The notes under the pieces are model-generated. The model searched no databases. It was not told where the DNA came from and saw only the letters and a program-made list of their open reading frames with translations. Below are positions 1 through 7,145 of a stretch of DNA of 64,000 bases, piece after piece (within the stretch, counting starts at the first letter, position 1; each line of letters starts with the position of its first letter). Made by a program: the position numbers and the translations under genes. This DNA comes from a bacterium (lineage in GTDB: Bacteria; Patescibacteriota; Minisyncoccia; Phycocordibacterales; Phycocordibacteraceae), in contig JBBCGK010000001.1 in the NCBI GenBank assembly GCA_037200965.1, positions 576,001 to 640,000 on the forward strand, read 5' to 3'.

Positions 1-15
1 TGGGGAGCTGCCATA

Positions 16-450
16 TCAGGATTCATCCTTCCTGTCCTGGACGTCAAGCGACCAGGCAAGGTCCCGGAGCTTGCTTTGCGAGAGTTTCGGAAGCGCCGAC
101 GGCCGTACTTCCTCGGCCTTGGCGCGGGCGGCCGCGGCGGCAGTCGTCGCGGCCGCCTCGCTCTGGGTCGGGTCGGAATGCCGCCACAGGAAGAGCTTTC
201 CTCCTCCGTAGAAGCCGATCGCCGCCTCGATAAGCTCGACGAATGACTTGCCGTTCACTTTATAGAATGCGAGCGCTCCCGCGAGCGCAACTACGGGAAT
301 GCAGAGGATGATGGCGAGGACGAGCGGCAGGGAGAGGATAATGATGGCGCAGAGGCCGCCGCCGCCCGCGATATAAATGAACTGCTTGAGCGTGAGCGGG
401 CCCACGATCTTGTCCTCCACTTCGATGAATTGGGGTACCGGATACTCCAT
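16..450 (-). CDS. PrgI-family-like small membrane protein (T4SS/conjugation-associated), two TM helices
   Basis: N-terminus MEYPVPQFIEVEDKIVGPLTLKQFIYIAGGGG followed by two hydrophobic helices. This resembles PrgI-family proteins of Gram-positive and CPR type IV secretion clusters. It is the last gene of a minus-strand operon. Confidence 0.5.
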   Translation of the reverse strand: MEYPVPQFIEVEDKIVGPLTLKQFIYIAGGGGLCAIIILSLPLVLAIILCIPVVALAGALAFYKVNGKSFVELIEAAIGFYGGGKLFLWRHSDPTQSEAAATTAAAAARAKAEEVRPSALPKLSQSKLRDLAWSLDVQDRKDES

Positions 451-513
451 TTGCTTCCAGTATATACCAAAAGAGCCGCGCGAAGCGGGCGCTATCCTCT
501 TCTTCTCCTGTAT

Positions 514-1092
514 CTAGTGTTGATCGATCGGCTCGTGATACGGGTCCTCGGCATACTCCTTCACGATCGGGCGCGGCAGCGGCGGGGTCTCAAAGGGAGG
601 GCGTGTTTCCGGAGTAGCTGGTGGTGTCTGATATTGCGAGACTTCCTTTTGCTGCCGTACGACAGCGTTTTCGGCCCCGGGCAGGTTCGAAGGGGGAGGT
701 ATTTGTTTTGCGATATGCGTCGGAACTTGCGGCACCTGCCGCATTGATGTGTCCTGCGGCGCTGCTGCGGTTGCCGCGCGCATTTTTGCCTGAAGCGGCT
801 GGAATACATCCTTATTGATATCCTCGAGGATTGCCTTCAGTATTTCCGGCGCGAGCCCAAGCTCCTCCTGCAGTGATTGTGCGAGTTCTGCCGGTGCTTC
901 TGTCCCCGTTAATACCAGCATAAGCTCGCGCCGCACCACTGCTCCTTGGTCGACATGGAGCTTGTATTTGGAAGTAATGGCGCGCGCGGTATTTGCAAGG
1001 CCGTCTTGTGCCAGATATTCGCGTATGGGCGGCGGCAATATTTCCATCATCCGTCCTATACTTTCTTCCAGCGTCGGTTCGGTTTCGTTCAT
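514..1092 (-). CDS. hypothetical protein, Pro-rich C-terminus, member of the secretion-like operon
   Basis: 192-aa ORF co-oriented and tightly spaced with neighbouring genes. No recognisable motif. Confidence 0.4.
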   Translation of the reverse strand: MNETEPTLEESIGRMMEILPPPIREYLAQDGLANTARAITSKYKLHVDQGAVVRRELMLVLTGTEAPAELAQSLQEELGLAPEILKAILEDINKDVFQPLQAKMRAATAAAPQDTSMRQVPQVPTHIAKQIPPPSNLPGAENAVVRQQKEVSQYQTPPATPETRPPFETPPLPRPIVKEYAEDPYHEPIDQH

Positions 1093-1103
1093 ATGTTCTT
1101 TGA

Positions 1104-3107
1104 TTATTTCGCACCCCCCGCGTTTTCAGCCGCCTTTTTGAGAAGCCCCTCGATAGTATCGTATTCTTTTTCGGTTTTCTTCTTTTTTGCCTCGGTTCGG
1201 ATTTTTCGTGCGGCGGCGTTGTCGGCAGCGCGCCCAGGACCGCTGAGCCAGTATGGCTTTTCAAGCGGTATACCAAAGAGGCTAAAGTCTTCTTCAAGAG
1301 CCTGCGCGTACCCTTTCTTTCCTTTCCTGATGATATTTCCGTCCTTATCTTTGATTTCTTCAATACCGATTTGAGGAGCCTTGCTGTACGTGTCGATGAT
1401 TTCATTCTGAGTCTTCTCAACAATCTTATGAGCGGCCTTGGCACGCTCAAGTTCCGCTTTTGCGGCATCGATATCGGCCTGCACGCCGGTCGCTTTTGCC
1501 TTGTCAAGCTTCTCCTCAAGCTCGTCGACGTGTTTCTGCGAGGCGTTTCTTTTAGCGTCCGCCTCGTCAATGATTTTTTGTTCTTCCGGAGTGTTCTTCA
1601 TGCGCTTAGACCGTTCCAGACGTCCCTTTTCAGCGTCCGCTTCCATCTGCCGGTAATTACTCTTCGAGGCAGTACCCAAATCAAGGCCACCTGCCTTAGC
1701 AATTCCCCCAAGGGCTCCGCGCCCGTCGAAAGTCGCTTTCGCGCCTGCATCCGCAACGCGGAAGGCGATGCTATTAACCAGCGGACGCTTGCGCAGCCAC
1801 TCGCTCTTTTCGAACCGCTTGCCAAGGCGGTTGAATCCTCTGCCGATCGTGCGTCGGCCCACGGCTGCGCTGATGCCGAAGAACGCACCGCTGGTGGCTT
1901 TGCTTGCCGTACTCACCGCAAAACCAGCCCCCATCGCGCCGAGTTCCTTGGCCGACATGAGCGCGGCGATCATAAAGCCGATGATGATCGCGAAGGTGAT
2001 GAAAACGCTTACGGAACCGCCCCCCCCGGCCGCAAGCGCGGTCGCGAAACCACCGCCTCCCGCCGCCGCCGAGACCCCCTGGCCGATTTTGAGCCCGATA
2101 AGTGTGAGGAGGAGATAAACCGGAACGAAGAACGACTGGTGGAGTATCGTCGTCCACCATTGCTTCGCATACCCATGGAACATCGGCAGCGCCATGCCAG
2201 CAAAACCGATCGGGGAAAGGACCATCAAAAAAGCGAGCACGACGATACGGACTACGAGCATGATCGCGGCGGCGAACAGAACGACGGCCGCGATCAGCAC
2301 GAAGATGGTCGATAAAATTAAGACAATGACACCGTTGAAATTCCCGCTGAATTTGGTATAGGACTGAAGCCCGTCTTCTCCGAAAATAGTGCCGATGCCA
2401 AGCGTGCTGAGGACCGCTCCCGCAAGGCCGGAATCTGTAAAACAGCTTGCACTATTGCTGCTTTGTATGCTGCAGGTGCTCGAACTTTGGGAACTGATGT
2501 TCGAATAAATAGCGGTCGACAGAAGGTTTGAGCTGTCGATAATCACTTGCGAGATAAAGAGCGAGAAGTTGAGAAGAATCGCGAACAGGAGCAGCTGGGG
2601 CAGTGATTTTTTGAGGCCGTAGTTTTGAAGGCCGAGGATGATGGCGATGCCGATAAAGACAAAGCTGAATATGAGTACGATATTCCCGACGTCGCGCAGC
2701 ACCCCCCAGCCGATTCCGATGCCGGATGCGGTACCGCCGAGCGTCTGGCCGAAGTTGAGGACGCTGTAATAAATAGCCGTATTGAGCAGAATGCCCGAAA
2801 GCCACAGAAGGCCCGATGCGAGCGTAAGAAAAAGATAAGCAATGCTGCCCATCGCGCACGGTACCCACGTGCTTACGCTCCAGATGCTGCATTCGGTTGG
2901 TCCTTTGGTGCCGGACTCAGGGGGTCCCGGTGTCGTTTGCGCGGGCGCTGCCGGAGTATTTGTCGGCGGAGTGGTCGCTGGCGGAGTGGGTGTCCCGAAT
3001 CCGGGCGTCCCGTTTCCGAGTGCGAGCAACGAAAGATTTGTCGCAGACGCTACGCTGGGAAGTGCGAGAATCGCGAGCAACAGAAGCGAAAGAAGGAATT
3101 TTTTCAT
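1104..3107 (-). CDS. TrbL/VirB6-like polytopic membrane protein (signal peptide, Thr/Pro linker, multiple TM helices, charged coiled-coil C-terminus)
   Basis: N-terminal signal peptide MKKFLLSLLLLAILALPSVASA, a TP-rich linker, at least 6 hydrophobic helices, and a C-terminal K/E-rich coiled coil. This architecture is typical of TrbL/VirB6. Confidence 0.5.
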   Translation of the reverse strand: MKKFLLSLLLLAILALPSVASATNLSLLALGNGTPGFGTPTPPATTPPTNTPAAPAQTTPGPPESGTKGPTECSIWSVSTWVPCAMGSIAYLFLTLASGLLWLSGILLNTAIYYSVLNFGQTLGGTASGIGIGWGVLRDVGNIVLIFSFVFIGIAIILGLQNYGLKKSLPQLLLFAILLNFSLFISQVIIDSSNLLSTAIYSNISSQSSSTCSIQSSNSASCFTDSGLAGAVLSTLGIGTIFGEDGLQSYTKFSGNFNGVIVLILSTIFVLIAAVVLFAAAIMLVVRIVVLAFLMVLSPIGFAGMALPMFHGYAKQWWTTILHQSFFVPVYLLLTLIGLKIGQGVSAAAGGGGFATALAAGGGGSVSVFITFAIIIGFMIAALMSAKELGAMGAGFAVSTASKATSGAFFGISAAVGRRTIGRGFNRLGKRFEKSEWLRKRPLVNSIAFRVADAGAKATFDGRGALGGIAKAGGLDLGTASKSNYRQMEADAEKGRLERSKRMKNTPEEQKIIDEADAKRNASQKHVDELEEKLDKAKATGVQADIDAAKAELERAKAAHKIVEKTQNEIIDTYSKAPQIGIEEIKDKDGNIIRKGKKGYAQALEEDFSLFGIPLEKPYWLSGPGRAADNAAARKIRTEAKKKKTEKEYDTIEGLLKKAAENAGGAK

Positions 3108-3110
3108 GGC

Positions 3111-4712
3111 TCAGTGGATGACTGGCGAGAGACAAGCATTCGCCTCCTTCACGATATTATTCATCGTGGTTATAAGCGTACCTCCCTCTCCCCCGGAATC
3201 GGTGCTTTGCGTTTCGGCGTCCGCTATTTCGCTCGCGGAAGGCGTGGTTGAAGCAGAAAGGAATTGCTGATAGTTGAGTCCCGCCCGCGCAAGCGCGCCC
3301 GCGGCGGGAACGGAACCGTCCGCAGGCGTTACTTGCTCGGAAAGAATGCCCAGTGTCTGAAGCGAAGCGACGGCCTTCGCATCTGCGGCGGAAGCCTGGT
3401 CTATCACAGGATTCACGACCGTTTCTATCACGGCGCCCGCGTTCGCTCCTTCTTCAAAAGTGCAGGCACCGAAGACAGTATGGCTGTTGGCAGCCTCCGT
3501 GGCCGCCGTCTTTGCCGCATCTGCGGCGGCACCGATCTTCTTCCAGTCGTTCTGATATTTCGTAATTTGCGTTTTTCCTTGCTGGAGCGCTTCCGAGAGA
3601 TTGGATACGACATTCGAGACGTTCCCCGCATCGGCTGCCGCGAGGTCCGGTCGGCTGAAATAATCACTGCCGCCGCCTTGCGGTTTGGAAAGACCCAGGA
3701 AGCCGCTGCCGCCGAGCACGTTCTTGATAAGTCCCTGGAGAACGGCACCGATAATTTCGTCTATCTCGTCGGCCGAGATGACGGAGTCGATCGGGGTGCC
3801 GATCGCCTTGCTCGCGGCGTCCGCGATGACCGAGCCCGGGGTCTCGATATCGTATTCAAGACAGTTTGCACCATTGTCCTTCACGACCGGGTCGGAGAAC
3901 TGGAAGTCCATCGTGCCGTCCGGGTTTGTCGTTACGACCGGGTCGGCCACTTCAACGGTCTGCGGCGCTTGACCTTGCAGTTTGCAGTCGCCGCGCCAGG
4001 AGAGGAAGCCCTTATTCTGAGTTATTTCATCTTTGCTTTGTGTGACTGCCGCAGTCGCCCGGGCGATGAGCTCGTCACGCGCCCGCATCGCGAAGCCCAC
4101 GGGGTTATTCTGGGAATCCATCGTGAACCTGAACCATCCCGAGAGCCCGCCTTTATTGAAATCGAATCCGGAAGATGAAACCGCAACGGTCGCGCTTCCG
4201 AGCGTGCACTGGTTGAGAAGGAAGAATGAGTTGCTCGACGTCGACTTGTAGTAGTCCGCCTGGAGAAGCGCCGCCGTATTTACTTTGAAAGGCAGGTCGA
4301 GTGAGAAGTTACCGATCTGCGAGAAGAATTTCGACGCAACCTGATCGACGATGTTTCCGAGATGCACGTTCAGGTTCACCACGAACGACGGTGATCCGTT
4401 GAAACCGTTGCTCGCCCAACTGACGATGCTTTGCACCATGGCGGCCTTCACTTGCTGCACGACCGCATAAGCGAGCGGATCGAGCACATATTCTTTTATT
4501 TGGAGTGCAAGGGCGTTTTCGGACGTTACGGCATCGGCAGCAGCAGAGATCGTTTGCTTTGCGATTTCGATGAAGGTGGTGGGTGCTGAGTCGCTTGCTA
4601 TGTGCACAGTCTGTGCCTGCACGCGCGAAGAAGCGAAGAGTGTCGGGGCCGCGAGCGAAAGCCCGATGATAAAAACTGCGGCCCGGACGCGACTTGAGGG
4701 GGGTTGCGGCAT
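3111..4712 (-). CDS. secreted hypothetical protein (signal peptide, A/S/T-rich)
   Basis: 533-aa ORF with a signal peptide (MPQPPSSRVRAAVFIIGLSLAAPTLFASS). It is separated by 3-4 nt from its neighbours in the operon. Confidence 0.5.
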   Translation of the reverse strand: MPQPPSSRVRAAVFIIGLSLAAPTLFASSRVQAQTVHIASDSAPTTFIEIAKQTISAAADAVTSENALALQIKEYVLDPLAYAVVQQVKAAMVQSIVSWASNGFNGSPSFVVNLNVHLGNIVDQVASKFFSQIGNFSLDLPFKVNTAALLQADYYKSTSSNSFFLLNQCTLGSATVAVSSSGFDFNKGGLSGWFRFTMDSQNNPVGFAMRARDELIARATAAVTQSKDEITQNKGFLSWRGDCKLQGQAPQTVEVADPVVTTNPDGTMDFQFSDPVVKDNGANCLEYDIETPGSVIADAASKAIGTPIDSVISADEIDEIIGAVLQGLIKNVLGGSGFLGLSKPQGGGSDYFSRPDLAAADAGNVSNVVSNLSEALQQGKTQITKYQNDWKKIGAAADAAKTAATEAANSHTVFGACTFEEGANAGAVIETVVNPVIDQASAADAKAVASLQTLGILSEQVTPADGSVPAAGALARAGLNYQQFLSASTTPSASEIADAETQSTDSGGEGGTLITTMNNIVKEANACLSPVIH

Positions 4713-4714
4713 AG

Positions 4715-5737
4715 TTAATAGCCGTTAACGGGCGAAATGCTGAGAAACTGTGATCCGGGCTCTCCTGCGGGGACGACCACTCCCGCATCCTTGAATGTCT
4801 GTGCCATCGCGACGAACGCGTTGCGCATCGCGATGACGTCGTCAGGATACTTGGCAAGCCCGAGCGAAGTCAGGAGCGGATCGCGATCAAGCGCAGCGAG
4901 CTGTTGTGTCACTGTGCCCATGTTCGCGAGCGCGTTCGCGAGCGCGAGATGTTTCGTCGCGAGTTCCTCGGGTACCGGCACGCTGCTGAGGGCATGTGCT
5001 CCCCCGGTATAGGTCTCGGCGATCTTCCCTATCATGTCGAGCGCCTTTGTGTCGCTTCCACTTATCGCGTCTCCGAGATAGAGGAGCTCGCTCTTTTTTG
5101 AAGGGGCTGTATATCCGGCAAGCGTATTTTCAGCAGCGGCCGCGTAAGTCCGCATTGCTTCCGGGCCGCTTCCCGATACGTTCATTTGCCCGAGCGTAAA
5201 TGCATCCTGTTGCGGCACCGCGCGCTCCAATTCCGAAAGCGCGCTCGCGACGAACGTTGCCATATCGTCCGCGGAAAGAGGCGCTCCCTGATGCGCCGCG
5301 ACGTATTGCGCGAAGAATGCCTGGGCGAACTGCTCGGTGAGGGAGCCGGGAGCTGGCGCTTTCCCCGGAATGTTTTTTGCTATGGTCGAGGAAGCAACCG
5401 AGGATGCCGGTATCGGCGCCTTCGGCACGATAAGTCCCTGCGCGACTGCTTGCGCGTCCGTCATGCCCCGCCCGCCGGTGTCGGTCTTATCCGGATCCGT
5501 ACCGTAGAGCGACTCTTCCCAGTCCGGGAGGCCGTCGCCGTCGGAGTCTTTTACGGCTATGGCCTTGAGGAGATCGTCGGTCGTCCCGGCCTCCGCGTTC
5601 GACGCTTTGAAAAGATGCGGCCACTGCGGGATGAGGTACGCCGCAAACACCATTACCAGGGCAATGGCGAGCGCAACTGGCGTGCTCCATTGTTTCGTTT
5701 TGTTAGTCACACGCGTACCGTAAAGGATAGCACGCAA
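4715..5737 (-). CDS. membrane-anchored protein with thrombospondin-type-3-like Ca-binding repeat (DSDGDGLPDWEE, DPDKTD)
   Basis: N-terminal TM anchor followed by a DxDxDG acidic repeat. It is the first gene of the minus-strand operon 5737->16. Confidence 0.5.
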   Translation of the reverse strand: MRAILYGTRVTNKTKQWSTPVALAIALVMVFAAYLIPQWPHLFKASNAEAGTTDDLLKAIAVKDSDGDGLPDWEESLYGTDPDKTDTGGRGMTDAQAVAQGLIVPKAPIPASSVASSTIAKNIPGKAPAPGSLTEQFAQAFFAQYVAAHQGAPLSADDMATFVASALSELERAVPQQDAFTLGQMNVSGSGPEAMRTYAAAAENTLAGYTAPSKKSELLYLGDAISGSDTKALDMIGKIAETYTGGAHALSSVPVPEELATKHLALANALANMGTVTQQLAALDRDPLLTSLGLAKYPDDVIAMRNAFVAMAQTFKDAGVVVPAGEPGSQFLSISPVNGY

Positions 5738-5760
5738 GCCCGTTTTACCTCACTATACCT

Positions 5761-6543
5761 TCATGGTGTGTGCATAGCGCTGGCGAGGAGAAGCCATGTG
5801 GAAAGACCCAAATCTTCCGCGCGCGCCTTCTCCGGAACTTCCGCCGCAAGAAACGCATGTTGGATCGCTTCCGGTGCGGCGATTGCCTCCAAATTTCGCG
5901 CCAAAAGCTTCCTTTTATGGGCGAATCCGGCACGGATAGCCGAGAAAAAGGACTCTTCCTGGGCCGTATTCTTGAAATTAGCACGGCCGATGTTTTCTAT
6001 GGTGAGCACGGCCGAGTCTACGGCCGGAGCGGGCACGAACGCGCCTTTGGGGACCGTAAAGCGGTATTTCGGCTCGCCGTACGCCTTCACCGAAAGCGAA
6101 AGCAGGCTCTCCTTCTTGCTTCTGGCGATACGAACGGCCACCTCCTTCTGCACCAGAAGCGTCATCGAGGCGGGCTGGTGCGCGTCGGTAAGGAACCGGC
6201 GCAGGATCTCGCCGCTTATGTAGTACGGAATATTCGCCACGAGGAGATAGCGCTTCGGGAACGCTGCCGTGTCGAACGCGCGGATGTCCTCATGGATAAG
6301 CTCGAGCTTTCCTAAGCCAATCTCCGCGGCGAAGGTTTCCCGGAGTATGGGAATAAGCTCCTTATCGGTCTCGACGGCGACCACATGCCCGGCGCGCGAG
6401 AGGAGTTCCCGCGTGAGAAGCCCGGTTCCGGGACCGATTTCAAGTACGGTGTCTTTGGGGCCGATGCCCGCGGCATCCGCGATGCGTGCGGCAATCGAGG
6501 CGTGCATGAGAAAGTGCTGGCCGAGCGATTTCTTCGCGCGCAT
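5761..6543 (-). CDS. rsmA: 16S rRNA (adenine1518/1519-N6)-dimethyltransferase RsmA/KsgA
   Basis: Motifs KSLGQHFL, EIGPGTGLLT and NIPYYISG. Confidence 0.9.
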   Translation of the reverse strand: MRAKKSLGQHFLMHASIAARIADAAGIGPKDTVLEIGPGTGLLTRELLSRAGHVVAVETDKELIPILRETFAAEIGLGKLELIHEDIRAFDTAAFPKRYLLVANIPYYISGEILRRFLTDAHQPASMTLLVQKEVAVRIARSKKESLLSLSVKAYGEPKYRFTVPKGAFVPAPAVDSAVLTIENIGRANFKNTAQEESFFSAIRAGFAHKRKLLARNLEAIAAPEAIQHAFLAAEVPEKARAEDLGLSTWLLLASAMHTP

Positions 6544-6546
6544 AGA

Positions 6547-6840
6547 TTAGAAACTCCGGCGCTTTAACGCGCGAAGCAGGTCCGGCCCGTATCCCTGGCT
6601 TCGATGCCGCAGAACCAGGACGATCAGTTCGTCTTTTTTGCACCGGCGGATGGCCCGCCAGTCTCCGACCCGGAGGGAGCGATAGTCCGAAAGCGGGTAC
6701 CCGAGAGGCTTCCCGGGAAGCGCCATGCGCGCATACTGCTGTTCGATAGACGTATGTACGCACTTCCATACCGAAGCGTCGAGACTCCGCGCGTCTTTGG
6801 CAATAACCTCGCTATGATAGCTAACGCGCCACGCGCTCAT
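6547..6840 (-). CDS. type II toxin, RelE/ParE family
   Basis: C-terminal LSDYRSLRVGDWRAIRRCKKDELIVLVLRHRSQGY matches the RelE/ParE core. The start (MSAWRV) lies inside a longer ORF and overlaps the upstream antitoxin by 20 nt. Confidence 0.65.
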   Translation of the reverse strand: MSAWRVSYHSEVIAKDARSLDASVWKCVHTSIEQQYARMALPGKPLGYPLSDYRSLRVGDWRAIRRCKKDELIVLVLRHRSQGYGPDLLRALKRRSF

Positions 6841-7102
6841 CGTGCAATTTGCGCCAGAGCGCGTCTGCCTCGCCCGCGCTGAGGTATTTCGTGCCCGGGG
6901 CGGTACGTTCCTTGAGCATCTTCGCAAGCGCCCGCTGCTCTTTCGGCGTTATATATTCGAATTCTTCTTCCGCAATAGCCGCGTCAAGCATTCTGGCGGC
7001 GATGGTGGCGCGCGGAGTCCGTTCCCGCTTGGCGCGAAGGGAGAGCGCCCGCGCGGTCGACGGCGCGAGTGTCACCAGCATGCGCTCCTTGGTTGTCGCC
7101 AT
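6821..7102 (-). CDS. ribbon-helix-helix-type antitoxin
   Basis: 93-aa protein MATTKERMLVTLAPSTARALSLRAKRERTPRATIAARMLD immediately upstream of, and overlapping, the toxin gene. Confidence 0.55.
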   Translation of the reverse strand: MATTKERMLVTLAPSTARALSLRAKRERTPRATIAARMLDAAIAEEEFEYITPKEQRALAKMLKERTAPGTKYLSAGEADALWRKLHDERVAR

Positions 7103-7145
7103 ATATCAAAAGTGTATCACCTGCTCCGCGCGTGCGCAACCGGAA

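Noticed and set aside
1371-2315. Many long ORFs antisense to confident genes, e.g. 1371..2315, 10300..11487, 13033..13815, 19969..21009, 35538..36134, 41709..42512, 42205..43047, 46801..48042, 48806..49741, 54661..55566
   Set aside because: They overlap well-supported genes on the opposite strand with conserved motifs. High-GC DNA typically yields long spurious antisense ORFs, and their translations are Arg/Pro/Ser-rich low-complexity.
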